Shown here piece after piece: positions 39,201 through 49,493 of a stretch of 64,000 bases of DNA. Numbering within the stretch: position 1 is the stretch's first letter; each line of letters opens with the position of its first letter. Position numbers and translations under genes: made by a program. This stretch comes from Eledone cirrhosa (taxonomy: Eukaryota), in assembly GCA_964016885.1 (NCBI GenBank), contig OZ024750.1, positions 23,002,001-23,066,000 on the forward strand, written 5' to 3'. The notes below the pieces were generated by a model. That model did no database searches. It saw nothing but the letters and a program-made list of their open reading frames with translations, and was not told where the DNA came from.

Positions 39201-40953
39201 TGCTGTTGATGTTCGTGCTATAGTTGTTGTTCGTGGTGGTGGTGGTGGTGGTGGTAGCGGCGGCGGCGGTGAGGCTATTGTTATCGTTGCCGTCGTCACC
39301 GCAGCGGTAAATCAAAGAGGGTGGGTAGTCTCCTTTCACTTCGTATTCATCGCATCGATCGCTGTCGGAGGATAAATCATCCGAATCTTCTTCTTCGATC
39401 GGTTCCAGACCATAGAAATAGAAAACTTCAGAGTCACTGTCTGAGTCGGAATCAATATCGAAGTAATTTGAACTGGACGGTGGCTGCGGTATATATCGAT
39501 GCCTTGGACGAAAGAAATTGCTTATTTCACGGCTTGGTACCATTTGTTTGAAGTCATCATCATCGACAATGTTTCGAAACTCACGGTTACACACAAGACT
39601 ACTGGTACTGCTGGTACTACTGCTGCTACTACTACCACTACTACTACTACTATTACTATGAGACTGTAGTGAGCTTTCATTTTTGTTAGCAACATTGTTT
39701 CTGTTGTTGTTGTTAGCCATGGCACGTCTTCCTAAGATGGGAGCGGCGGCAGATTTACTAGGCGATGCGGGTGTGTTGGTAATAGTAGTAGTAGTATTGC
39801 GGTCATTTGTACTAGCATTAGTATTAGTAGTGGTAGTGATAGTAGTGTTGTTGGTTGTTGTTGTGTGTGTAACTAGTTGTGGCCGTCGAGGTGGTAATGG
39901 CGGAGGTGGTGGCCTCACCCCTGGTCCACGTCGACTTGTTGTTGTTTGAGGTAAAGAAGGACAACTTACGGTTGTAGACGTGGTTGAAAGACATGGTGTT
40001 GGCGCTTCATGAGACGACTGAGACGAAAATCTCGGTGTGGTAGTCATTAGCGAGTTGTGGTTGTGATGGTGGCCTCCTTCGTCTGAAGAGAGCCGTTCAG
40101 CGGAGTGACTGTGTTGAACATTCGACGACGACAGCGGCCTTCTAACTCTATTACTAGTAGTGTTGTTATTAACACTCGCCACCAGAGGGGGTGATACGAC
40201 TTGTTGGAGCGGCGAGGCGGAACCCAGTATAAAAACAGTTTTACCTGTCTGTGAACTATTATCTACAATAGGGTGGCTTACCTTGCTGCTTACTTTACTG
40301 TCTTTACTAACAGCAGCAGCAGGAGCAACAGTAGTAGTAGTAGTAGTACAAGTTGCTGTTGCTACTGATATATTTGCCTCTCGGCCTCCTGATAGCTGGT
40401 CGTCATGTTGATAAGTTATCGTCTGTTGCTTTACACATCCGCCAGGTATGTTGTCTGTTTTGCTAGAACATATCGCTCGAGTAGTTGGATGATGATCATG
40501 TTGTTGTTGTTGATGATAATAATAATTGTTGTCATCGATAAAGTAAGTAGCATTCTCTGTGGTGGGGTTACAGTGAATGTCAGAGAGCTGAAGGGCTGGA
40601 ATGTTAGTTGCATGAGTAGTAAGACCTGGAATGTTATAGCTGGAATGACTTTTCGGAATTGCGAAAGCGAACGATGCGAAGTCGCGGGTGGCGGGTTCGA
40701 TTGTTGCTTCATCTTCGTCGTCGGCGTCTGAAAAGTTATCATAATCATTACTATCATCTGTTTCCTGGTTATCTTCTTCCGTCAGGTGTTTCAGTCTTAG
40801 CGGCGGTGGCGAGATGATGGGGATGACCGAGTCGTATTCATTGACATCGGTTAAGAGTCTCCAAGAAAACATGATAGTAATGATGGTGGCGATGGCGGCG
40901 GTGATAAACCGTTCAAACGCTCCGTCCATGGCTGGTACTCCTGAAGCGTTCAT
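33253..40953 (-). CDS. Giant uninterrupted ORF, 2566 aa; probable membrane-anchored, largely disordered protein, possibly AJM1 (apical junction molecule)-related N-terminal region
   Basis: 7.7 kb without a stop in very AT-rich DNA, free of SINE/MITE insertions. ATG has A at -3 (gaaagtATG). Hydrophobic stretch FITAAIATIITIMFSW near the N-terminus; poly-T/N/S/Q/E tracts; motifs RVPSIHELRVSRSLQKLNVPAWYK and SLDEVLESLLAL. The family assignment is from memory only. Confidence 0.9.
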   Translation of the reverse strand: MNASGVPAMDGAFERFITAAIATIITIMFSWRLLTDVNEYDSVIPIISPPPLRLKHLTEEDNQETDDSNDYDNFSDADDEDEATIEPATRDFASFAFAIPKSHSSYNIPGLTTHATNIPALQLSDIHCNPTTENATYFIDDNNYYYHQQQQHDHHPTTRAICSSKTDNIPGGCVKQQTITYQHDDQLSGGREANISVATATCTTTTTTVAPAAAVSKDSKVSSKVSHPIVDNSSQTGKTVFILGSASPLQQVVSPPLVASVNNNTTSNRVRRPLSSSNVQHSHSAERLSSDEGGHHHNHNSLMTTTPRFSSQSSHEAPTPCLSTTSTTVSCPSLPQTTTSRRGPGVRPPPPPLPPRRPQLVTHTTTTNNTTITTTTNTNASTNDRNTTTTITNTPASPSKSAAAPILGRRAMANNNNRNNVANKNESSLQSHSNSSSSSGSSSSSSTSSTSSLVCNREFRNIVDDDDFKQMVPSREISNFFRPRHRYIPQPPSSSNYFDIDSDSDSDSEVFYFYGLEPIEEEDSDDLSSDSDRCDEYEVKGDYPPSLIYRCGDDGNDNNSLTAAAATTTTTTTTNNNYSTNINSSSISSSSSHSLTGVPARGGGTTATTSSLLFPSYPGDVATTTTSNNNNSSQGSNRTALLLPTNSNRSGSSSSSASSSPRQHGRSFSTENNRSNDYEPAKNYDGSSADTSFTSPYSSCSEEFADRDELENGERRYIEEGIRVTSMVECDQPSYADNDTCTSTTDNNNYVTYTHATAIVEQAPIIRPPKQLFNISASTSLLETDYNTQLTTTTTVLTPEPTTTTAAATVDNVISIQNIPVEHVCRDNNNCDMLINDDSSNVYTEELSTSLPTSPPTSDQQQQSNTSNEIDQFNIIDPTDKQQVRSTEELSNSLKKSSVAARPLSQTIGDLSDTSRDLTTYNENALLSFTTSSNERSQRIKDDSVNPTQTPVNKSRERSYSDGDVNQDEETSSSPSESTHGLMLDIRANSTTKEETNLPGDEFIIIGKNVSRDFQNPSPDAHYINWPVQLYFDARKSNAAENPPRGFTFSYSEPSETAYNVRNYYVENYDNNSNTLNNNSVSQYGDNDSENMLELTENNNLSADNLKFTQAKDYVDNSLKWASDDINVFTTSKLDNGPVVFKRALSTTNAEERESSKPDNYISLEQQNIYLASYKEPGTLDTVSPLDGLTNQVHKETEEENKVPMPKDYIEQEALENILHYDGLTEKDLYINKYSDYVVSDYVTLDTMEKSYPDILKKGSFTETGHDINSNDYIIEEGVEDDRVFPDLVKKDTYPINSSSSLQRDNIDRVQVSTFPDVVNKGTIGKTQDVMCEDFTVLECKEKRPFPDIVEGQAYHVDRQQAELSEKYSIMQETVEKTGFPDIVNREEFHLDRDLKETQFIPHEEVEEDINKKQIPVDSTSENHIKQKPSYDSVKYVQVSNPTEVSHLEVGTVVKTPTLIKPDNQRSSNLFIDAYSVDSSVDPVRKITTTQHEHLPPNTEIRSHSISKTEPTTSEDLVTSIDSEVEFEVFKSECLAHSEDYNSLYSLDKLDMSGKRHSNQQESSSNKTESDNYDGSLSLEEYDELTDLVSDQLTPSSMRTSALHRPLTVNTSGIPGNRQVPMVRRKINAVRKRYFGSENNVSDLVEDENSVNNKFARYRKTSLRALKRRDAAKRYSLHHDQVTLQASKIRPSKSLSHISQLYLRSEPASRYRRPTYHEVHPDCILSPGNADNLVESIQAASIDNLETCLSQYDSFCSLVETDIDTGETTERRFSLDNEVFEIPFSFQRSYFGKSTSLMDLRSEQQQVRRSTGKGRFADRNVPKSKSMQTLETNLDDDDDEDDLLGESGFRRVPSIHELRVSRSLQKLNVPAWYKNSSVSRSGSCILNRDADSMRSFDWRFNASVTSSPASSIINHQAPVVIKTRVMPSYTRSHSAPIKSPKLVLPSKPANVKLPSDQFRNQEKPKGLMPIPIVPFLKIREMFEKKSQENNSQPAFPTLISPVSKTPVKTAKPEPPKRITPVKRAEHDSQNNKKSPVSPGFSPALRIDEAIEETNEEEEEEEEEYMEDCIDALTNVNTSTQPSSTPVKYNMPTYDDFATVTLNTAPPLINGDSQHVRDSSCVSYNNNTTTTTTSVESDVGESNKNSHKQYHTVDDAAPIICRPVARRPAEIDSKQQQLVNEPTKATTSESKPPSTGIETENGKTQDNLETNEKSRKVVKVSERIQLYDQASSSKEPEKSKASKEKDWKPKLFSFRDNKVAKSQPKQTPPQPPPKAKLPVPFFRNRKGKGDINVSTSLSPNPLTTYTTTTTSSPVPNSSNPHANSSLITHNSFSPDSISTSCKHSNSSVPNNTLYRTYDTVLNTPYTTNTSALNIHDDTSALNTYDKTNRGLNSYDKPNSSVHSNTHYNNGCSHTNNSPLIMTNICSSENDPFFEFLQRPQYDPLTSVHQGCPTSMEQIQSSLGRPFTDLSFRMPSQAQQPMLDTLKHHSPFYRPLSSGDKRCPIFGLSITKRDQRATAAAGPPLVKTDLGSNYAESVSSLNRTCNAEVAITDASLDEVLESLLALKN

Positions 40954-42454
40954 ACTTTCAGTTTTTTTTTATTTTATTTTATCTTCATTGGAAGGACATT
41001 GGAAGGAATAAATAAAAAAACGGCCGCTTGGAATAGTTTAAGAAAGTAGATGGCATTGGAAGGAAAAATAACGTCAGTTTGGAATAGTTTAGAAAGTAAA
41101 TAGATGAAAGTTGATTCACTCTTCTAGGGTGTAATCCATGTATGTATTATATAAAAATCAATCAGTTATATTATAGATCTGGAGAAAAGATGACGATCAA
41201 CCTGCCACATGTAACAGCTGTCCACGTCCACGTATATATTTAGTTTATATGGTGAGAAGGTGCGTTATAAATATATTTACAATGTGACATACATAGTGTG
41301 GTAGTCAAAGCCACAAGGACAGGTTTTAGGGCTGCTGAGAGGTGTGGAGGTGTGTGTTGAGAGATAGTCGTCAAGAGATAAAATAGTATTGATCGTTATT
41401 ATTATTATTTTTTTTTTTATTATTAAATATACGAACACACCCAACTTCAACCAAATGCAGAGAAACTTTTTTTTTTTAAATATATATATTTAATATATAT
41501 ATATATTTATATATATTTATAGTTTTTCACTTTTTCAGTATTGGTAAAAATATAGTGGAATGTTTATGGTTATTTAGGGAGACAGACTTGTGTTTGTTTA
41601 GGGAGACAAGGTCCCTGATTTTGGTTGTGCTGCTTTTCCACGGATAGTGTTGTGCCCTGTTGCTTACTCAAGATTTTATTTTACGATTGAAAGTCATCAA
41701 ATGCGAGCGAAGGGTGACCTTTGTTGGTTATATAGATGACAGTATATATGAAATGTCTAGTTGTCATTTATATTTCATCTAAATCCTCCCTTGCACTATA
41801 CTATCGCTGCTTCTTCTGCTACGTAAGAACCGTATCCGTCTTGTAGCATGCATGGAGTGCATTTCATGTTTATTTAGCAACAACAGACGTAATAAAACTT
41901 CTGTAAATTCCTGGACATTGCTAGTGATGTTAATGGTTGTTTATAATTTAAAATATACAGTAGCCATTACCTTGTTTTTGCCTCCTAACCGTCCGTAAAA
42001 TATCCATGTTCACGGAATGGTAATATCCTCGGTAGTCATGACTGAAGAAAAAGCTTTGTAGATGTGAAAAATATCTTGCAAGAATTCCAAAAGAAAATAA
42101 GCGTTTCGGAACAGGGAGACAGACTCCTCCTTGCCTCCGTCTATACCAGCAGTGTAGCATCTATTTATATTAATGGAAATTTAAATATTTTTTGCTCCTT
42201 TCGTTTTGTTGTGATTGTTGTGGGTTTTTTACCCCCTGAAAAATGTGTGCACGTTAAAACCGCCAATATCAACATTGTAACATCTATTATATTGATGAAA
42301 ATCTTTTAGGATTTAAATATATTTTGCTCCTTTCGTTTTTTGTTGTTGCTTTTTCTTTCTTTCTCCCTGTAAAATCTGTGCATGTTAAAGGAATCCAGTC
42401 GGTTATATGTGTATATATGCAGCCAATGTATATATATTTACAGAGCAGCTAGTC

Positions 42455-42640
42455 AGTCTAGCAGACGTTACTGAAAAACACGCACTCGCAAGTGCGACAC
42501 GAAGGCGAAACAAACATAACAAAAAAAATATTGTAGGCTTTGCAGCGATAGTCCAATACACGCGTTGTTTGGCAGTCACGTGGCAGCGCGTCATCAGATC
42601 GATAAGGTGAGCTGGTAGAGGCGGCAGGCAGAATTACAGG
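42455..42640. promoter_or_regulatory. Possible promoter/regulatory patch about 1.5 kb upstream of the giant ORF
   Basis: Locally CpG-rich non-repetitive DNA with an E-box CACGTG (about 42578) and a GATAAG motif. Position and composition only. Confidence 0.25.
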
Positions 42641-42701
42641 TGGTCAACACAGAAGAAGTGACATTTAAAACATGTCACATTGTGTGTGTATATATATATA
42701 T

Positions 42702-42749
<48 letters not shown>

Positions 42750-43040
42750 TGTTTTCTAGCTAACTCTTCTGTCTACTTACAATAAAACTAAAATCGATAT
42801 ATAAATAAAAGTTATTGCAGAAGCTTATTGATTGATTGATTTAGTTTTGATCGATCTGTTGATAAATGAGAAATTCGTAATATTTTCTATTTTTAATAGA
42901 AGGAACTTTATATGTATATATATATATACATGTCTCGTACAGGACTAGTTCTGTTTCCTTCTATAAAAACAGGTTGTTAACAAGCAGACGAATTCTTAGG
43001 GCGACAGAAATATTCCCGCATGAGTTATTAAATATATATA

Positions 43041-43561
43041 TGCCATATATACTCGCGTATAAGTCGCACCGACAGATAAGTCGCAGCTCTATATTTTGCA
43101 TATGTTTACAATATCGCATCGTAGTTTTTTCATCGCCATATTTTCGTGGTATAAGGTGCGACTTATACGGTATATATAGACATATACACACCTTGTTTAT
43201 TTGTTTACTCGCACCTCCGTTTTACGTACAGCATTTGCAATGTACCGTATATTTTAAATTGAAGATTTGTAGGTTCTGTAGATAAGTCGCATGCTGGTTT
43301 TGCACATCGTATTTTCGGGGAGTAAAGTGTAACACTCACGAGTATATATATAAGGTATATATACTCACTTCATACCTCGAGATTTCCCATCTGCATTGTT
43401 GTGGCTTTCTAAACTACATATTTTACACATTTCACAATGCTTCAAGCAAACTTTAACACCCTCATATATATATATATATATATGTTCCCGTATAAGTCAC
43501 TTGCTGGTTTTTCACGTCATATTTTCGGGGAGTAAAGTGTAACACTCACGAGTATATATAT

Positions 43562-43620
<59 letters not shown>

Positions 43621-43700
43621 TCCCGTATAAGTAAGTCACTTGCTGGTTTTCCACGTCATATTTTCGTGGAATAAGGTGTGACATGTAGATGAGTATGTGT
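43041..43700. mobile_element. Cluster of degenerate Tc2/pogo-like MITE fragments
   Basis: Repeated cgtataagtcgc / gcgacttatacg termini and duplicated ctggttttt.cacgtcatattttcgggg segments separated by (TA)n. Confidence 0.5.
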
Positions 43701-44349
43701 ATATATATATAGATGCATACTCGTAATTCATTGCCATAGTGAAACAAACATTGCCTTAGCAGATGTATTTTAAGTTGTAAGACAGGTGAGACTTCTTTTT
43801 AAAGGTATTTCAGTCTTTTGTATTTTTAAATTATTCATTTTGTTTATTTTTCTGAACTGAAGGAGGGAGACTAGAATGTTGTAAGAGACGGATTAGACTA
43901 AGAGAATAAACAGAGAGAGTGAGAGAATGAAAATAAAAATGAATTAAATATAAACACCAACTTGCTTACCAAGCTAACAACTGAACATGTTCTTGAAACA
44001 GCCATATGCAATATTTGTGAACAATAATCATTTCTTTTCTTGGTCACCTGAGCCCAAGACATTGGGGATAGTACAATGACGAAAAACAACACAAAGTGGG
44101 CTTTACGCACAGCAAATGATAGGGGACATCAACAAAGGAAAAACAGTAATATTTACAATATATAGTCATGTTAACAATACAAACTGGAGGGGGATGGGCT
44201 CCGCCAAGTTTTAAAATGCCCAAGAAGCGCCGTATTTCAATACGGCGCCCCTCCGACTCTATCATGAGTTACAGGACCTTACATACATACAATACAACAC
44301 AAAACAATACCAAATGTCGACTAAATGATGGTGGGGAGGCTTTAGGGTA

Positions 44350-45125
44350 ATTCCAGGGATATTAATTTCTTTATTAAACACAAGGGCTTGCAAAACATTA
44401 AGGGTGATACAGTATAGTTTTATGTGGAAACAACGAGGACAAAATCAAATAAAGTAACAATAAACGATAATAAAATTAAAACAAAATAAATTTCCAAATG
44501 GAAGAGGGAGATTTCCGAGGGCCACTTCTGGAAAAAAAAACTAACTAAAAGCTACGGTCATCCTGACCACTAAGGCCTTCGCCCAGATGTCCTCTAATCT
44601 ACAGGTATATCATCAGAGCAGGTCCGTTCACTTAGACCAGATGTTCTCAAAGTGGGCGCTTCCGCTCCTTGGGGAGCATTGAAAAGGCCCGGGGGGGGGG
44701 GCACTGGGGTCTAAGGGGGCGGACCGTAGAGATGATATAATAATATATTAAATATCAAATAATAATATTATATATAAATATAGTAAAATATAGAATATAA
44801 AATATTTATTCATCCATAGTATATATATGTCATTTATTCTATATAAAATAACGATTTTATATATTATATATTATTTACAATTTGCATGTAGGTAGGTCTC
44901 ATTGGAAATAGGGTTGGGGGCGCTGAGGGCATTACGTGGCCGTGAGGGGATGGGGAGGTGACCCCAAAAGTTTGAGAATCTCTGACTTAGACCATGCTCG
45001 CCATTCTCATACACCTTTCAACAAATTTGTTAGAAGGCAGCACTTCGCTCTCCACACTGATTTTTTTTTTCAAGAAAAACTTGTAGTAGTAGATGAGGGT
45101 TTGGTCAAAGATTAAAGGGTCAGTC
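44350..45125 (-). mobile_element. 3' end of a Tx1/L1-like LINE, interrupted by a hAT MITE
   Basis: Rejoined minus strand reads FFLKKKISVESEVLPSNKFVERCMRMASMV*VNGPALMIYL*, then a T-rich UTR and AATAAA. Clade assignment is from resemblance only. Confidence 0.45.
44638..44984. mobile_element. hAT MITE inserted into a LINE fragment
   Basis: TIR CAGATGTTCTCAAA / TTTGAGAATCTCTG; 8-bp TSD ACTTAGAC; homologous to 61564-61824. Confidence 0.9.
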
Positions 45126-45519
45126 AGTAATACCGATTTCTTTATTCGTCACAAGAGCTTTCTCATAGAATACGGTAGACACTATAAACATAGGGGTTAC
45201 AATACACGTAGAGCTGGACAAAACAAAGTTAAATAAAAACAAGAGTAGGGGAAAGAACGTTGTACAATAGACATAAAATTTAATGGAACATGAAATGAAC
45301 ATGAAATATGTATAAAATTATTATAAAAAAACGTTAATCAACACAAGATATAATAAATTAGTTTACATTATTACGTTAAATAGTACGTTTGTTAATAATA
45401 ATTGTTTCTACTTTTTGGCACAGGGCCTGCAATTACCCAGTACATTACTGGTACTTTATTTTATCGACCCCGTAAGGATGAAAGGCAAAGTTAACCTTTG
45501 TTAACGTGTTTTAATAATA

Positions 45520-45848
45520 TTATTATAAATTTATTATAAATTTATTATAAAAATTTATTATATAAATTTATTATAAATTTATTATATAAATTTATTATAA
45601 ATTTATTATAAATTTATTATATAAATTTATTATAAATTTATTATATAAATTTATTATAAATTTATTATATAAATTTATTATAAATTTATTATATAAATTT
45701 ATTATAAATTTATTATAAATTTATTATAAAAATTTATTATATAAATTTATTATAAATTTATTATATAAATTTATTATAAATTTATTATATAAATTTATTA
45801 TAAATTTATTATAAATTTATTATATAAATTTATTATAAATTTATTTAT
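45520..45848. repeat. Pure A/T minisatellite (ttataaattta with +TA variants)
   Basis: About 330 bp with no G or C. Confidence 0.95.
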
Positions 45849-46363
45849 TTATTTATTATAATAATAAATAAGAAATAATAAGAAAATAAACATTTATCAA
45901 CAACTGCATTTCTTCCTGTTGTATCATTTTTTTGGTTAAAAAAAATAAGGGGAAGAGAAGACAAGATGTGAGAATCTGGTACATGACTGGCACTATATTT
46001 CATCGACTACCGGCGGGATGAAAGACAAAGTAGGGTATGGTGGGATTTGAACTCAGAGCGTAAAGAGCTGAAATAAATAGTGCAAAGCCAACACATATAT
46101 GAGGCCTGCAATTTGGGGCGAGAGGGAAGTTTATTTATGGGTCATCTCGATTTCTTCCTCTTTTATTTATTGTAATCGACTATTATTATTGTCACTTACA
46201 TTAGGATAACTACATTTCAAATATATATATATACACGTTTAAATTTGGGGGTTTATGCGGGTTCTTACGCAACCTGGCCACTGAAATGTGCATAGTGTTT
46301 AGAGTAATAATAACAAAATTAGGGAAATTCAACATATTTGGCCTCCTGTCATTTCACTTTATA

Positions 46364-46398
<35 letters not shown>

Positions 46399-46485
46399 CG
46401 TAGGTCCCGGGTTGAGTCGGAGATAACCACAGTAAGTAAGGTACTCAATACATGGCAGAGTAAAATTTTTTTATTTTATAGAAGG

Positions 46486-46536
46486 AGCTTCTACAGGACT
46501 AGTACTGTTTCATTCAGATGAAATCTTCAGGAAGCT
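46486..46536 (-). ncRNA. Minimal type I hammerhead ribozyme (family A)
   Basis: Minus strand reads AGCTTC CTGAAGA T-TTC-ATCT-GAA-T GAAA CAG-TACTAGTC-CTG TA GAAGCT. It has a 6-bp stem I, intact CUGANGA and GAAA core, 3-bp stem II closed by U.U, stem III with a palindromic CTAG loop, and a GUA cleavage triplet. Confidence 0.85.
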
Positions 46537-46552
46537 TTCATTCAGATGAAAT

Positions 46553-46599
46553 CTTCCTGAAGATTTCATCTGAATGAAACAGTACTAGTCCTGTAGAAG
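46553..46599 (+). ncRNA. Minimal type I hammerhead ribozyme (family A, inverted copy)
   Basis: CTTC CTGAAGA TTTCATCTGAAT GAAA CAG-TACTAGTC-CTG TA GAAG; 4-bp stem I and intact core. Confidence 0.75.
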
Positions 46600-46603
46600 C
46601 TCC

Positions 46604-46639
<36 letters not shown>

Positions 46640-46664
46640 TATACGGTTGACTACATCCAAACTT

Positions 46665-46992
46665 GTGAAGGCTTTACTGTTAGGGTATTCGGATTACGAT
46701 CATCAGTCTATGAGTTCGATTCCCGGCGGGCGGCGTATTGTGTCCTTGAGCAAGACACCTTATTTCACGTTGCTCCAATCTGCTTAGCTTGCGAAAATGA
46801 GTTGTGCCTGCAATTCGAAGGGCCAGTTTTGTCACATTCTGTATCACACTGAATCTCCCCGAGAACTACGTTAAAGGTAGACGTGTTTGTGTAATGCTCA
46901 GCCACTTATACGTTAATTTCACAAGTAGGCTGTTCCGTTGATTGTATGTATCAACTGCAACACTCGTCGTCGTAAGCGACGGAGTGCCAGTT
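46665..46992 (+). mobile_element. tRNA-derived SINE family S2, near full length
   Basis: B-box GAGTTCGATTCC, then GTGTCCTTGAGCAAGACAC..TATTTCACGTTGCTCCA core. Other copies at about 1800-2030(-), 4288-4450(+), 7210-7425(+), 9305-9600(-), 13898-14230(+), 23460-23700(+), 58330-58520(-), 58700-58892(-), 59490-59625(-). Confidence 0.8.
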
Positions 46993-47299
46993 ACATCCAA
47001 CCTTAAGTCGCTAACTCTGAAATGACTATATAAAACGATATATCAGATTACAAGTAGCCTTGACTCTTCTTTATATATTATTACCGTATATAATGTTACA
47101 CATCCTAGAAGAAATAGATTAAATACAATAAAACAAACATCTAATATATAATACCAGGTTTGTGTGGACTGGTTGGGAAGATGTTACGTTTAACAATATA
47201 TACATAGAGATAAAAAACATATAGGTTGAAGGAGGGATATAGATACTGAGCAGTGTGGCAGGTAAAGTGTGATAGAGAGGGACAAGAACACAGCATTAA

Positions 47300-47514
47300 C
47301 CCTTTATCATGTACATTACTCTCTATATACTATTGTATGTTGGCAGTAAAGGCTTTACCTCACATAATTATCTCATATAATATCAAATCCATGAGATCTT
47401 TATGTTATTTATTTTGAGAACAATACCTTAACATCAGTATGAGCGACCACTTATGGCCTGTTTGAACAGAAAGAGGTGAGAGAATTCTGGCCGAATATGG
47501 TCAGTTTAAATGCT
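47300..47514 (+). mobile_element. piggyBac-type MITE (P1), right TIR truncated
   Basis: TTAACCCTTTATCAT start; same internal sequence; ends at taaatgct. Confidence 0.75.
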
Positions 47515-48046
47515 TGCAAGTACACATATACACACGGAGACAAACCACACAAGAGGTGCACACTGTGGCCAAGATGGCAACAGTTTTTGCCACAGAGAAC
47601 AACCAGCGTTACTCGTTGCACCAGCCATTCCACCCACGGAGAAACGCGCGTGCGTGTGTGTGTGTGTGTGCTGTTTGTTTATATCCTTTGATATAGTAAT
47701 TCAACAAATTTATAACCTGGCTATGATTTGATTGACTAAATGTTTCACGGCAATGTGCCCCATGGCTGCAGTCCAATGATTGAAACTAGTAAAAGGTTAA
47801 AAGAATAAAATGCTATTAGAAAATATATATTCTCATGAGGTTTATTAGACATATTTGAGTTGGCATTGGTTCATTGGTTCATATTGTTTACAAAATGTGA
47901 AATGGGAATAGACCCAAATGTTGAAATGTCAAACCAAGAAACCTTCTGTATTAAGTTAGAAGAAGCCCAGAAATTCAGTTATATTAATTGCCAGTAACAC
48001 TAACACAGTGCGATTCACAATAGAGGCGTATATGAAAGCATATATA

Positions 48047-48226
48047 CCGTATTTCCTGGCGTCGAAGACACTACTTTTCCCCCTAAAATGAGTCTCAAAA
48101 ATCTACCATGCGTCCTAGAGGCCGAAGGTTGAATTTTTCATTATTTTTTTTTCTTTCAAATTTTTTGGTTGTCAAAATTAGGGTGCGTCCTCGAGGACGA
48201 AGCGTCTTCGGTGCCGGGAAATACGG
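48047..48226. mobile_element. Tc1/mariner-superfamily (pogo/Tc2-like) MITE
   Basis: TA|CCGTATTTCCTGGCGTCGAAGAC ... GTCTTCGGTGCCGGGAAATACGG|TA. Confidence 0.85.
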
Positions 48227-48592
48227 TAATATATTTATGTATAATAAACATACACTTAATCTTGCTGCGACTATTTTAAGCTGGGATCATATCGTAGCTA
48301 CCTTAGTAACTGTGTGAGAACGCCAAATGTTAATATTACTGGATCGTTAACCCATCATCAATGACGCTTACTCATTCCGTATTCCGGTAGAAAATCTAAG
48401 CCTTCTTATATATAAGCGCATTATAGGGTACTGAGGTAAAGAAGTCAATGCTTCTTAGATATAAGAAGCATTGATTTCGCTACCTAAATACAGAGGAAGC
48501 GTCACTAACGATGGATAAACGATCCTGAAATAGTAATACTAGACGTTCTTACATAGTTACTGAGCTTAAAACACAAACTGCAAAACTGTGTA

Positions 48593-48791
48593 CGAAGGTC
48601 AGCTCAAAGGCTCATAGGCTGACCAAAATACTCTTCACGGAAAGAGCAAATGAGGTTTATTTTTCAACATAGTCCCCGGAAAGAAACAACGAAGTTATTA
48701 ATAAAAAGAGTTGAAATTAATGCATGCAAGATTTCACAGCTCTAGCATCACTCCTTCATAGTCAGCCTGTGAACCTTTCAGCCCACCCTCG
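48593..48791. mobile_element. mariner-type MITE
   Basis: TA|CGAAGGTCAGCTCAAAGGCTCATAGGCTGAC ... GTCAGCCTGTGAACCTTTCAGCCCACCCTCG|TA. Confidence 0.75.
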
Positions 48792-49493
48792 TATATTTAT
48801 TATACATAAGCATACTGTGTAAGCTTCCATACACAACACTGGTGTGTTTCGCTTCTAATACTGGTATATTCCTTCTTTTATTCTTTTACTGGTTTCAGTC
48901 ATTAGAATATGGCCAAGCTGGTGCACCACCTTGATTTAGTCGCTTATATTGAACCAGTAAATATTTTTCCAAGTCTAGAACTTATTTCTATCGATCTCTT
49001 TTTGTCAAACGGCTAGGGTTACAAGACTTCATTAAACAAAGAGTATAAACGCAAACAGACAACACACACACACACACACGTCATACTTTCTTTCGTCCAG
49101 TAACCGTCTACCAAATTCTGCTCACAAAGTTAACTCAAAGGTGTAGCAGACACTCAGTCAAAATACTAGAAAGCACCGAAGTGTCTTCCTTAACCACACA
49201 GCCATACCTGCTGTGATTGAAAAAAAAAAATGGAATTGATGTTTCACTCCAAAAGGTGAATCCGTTGTCGATGGTTCGATCAGCTAAACTTATGACTCGT
49301 ATATTAACATGTAACTGGTTTGTTTGGTTACTTCACAGACGCGTGTACTACTGACGTAATTCTCGGGCAAAATCAACACTACACAATATATAACAAGACT
49401 GGACATTTGAATTACAGGCACGGTCCTCATACAGCGTGTCCTTGATAAGTCAGGAAGAGAGACGAAGAATTGACTACTTTAGTTATCGAACGC

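Larger units (their letters stand above)
46398..46610. mobile_element. Hammerhead-bearing fold-back element in (TA)n (Penelope-like pLTR fragment or retrozyme-like)
   Basis: Near-identical to 24558-24745. On minus: ribozyme, AATAAA, about 90-nt tail ending in (TA)n. Inverted duplication of the ribozyme region. Confidence 0.7.

Noticed and set aside
33718-40731. Plus-strand ORFs overlapping the giant ORF (e.g. 34046-34981)
   Set aside because: Antisense shadows of a long coding frame.
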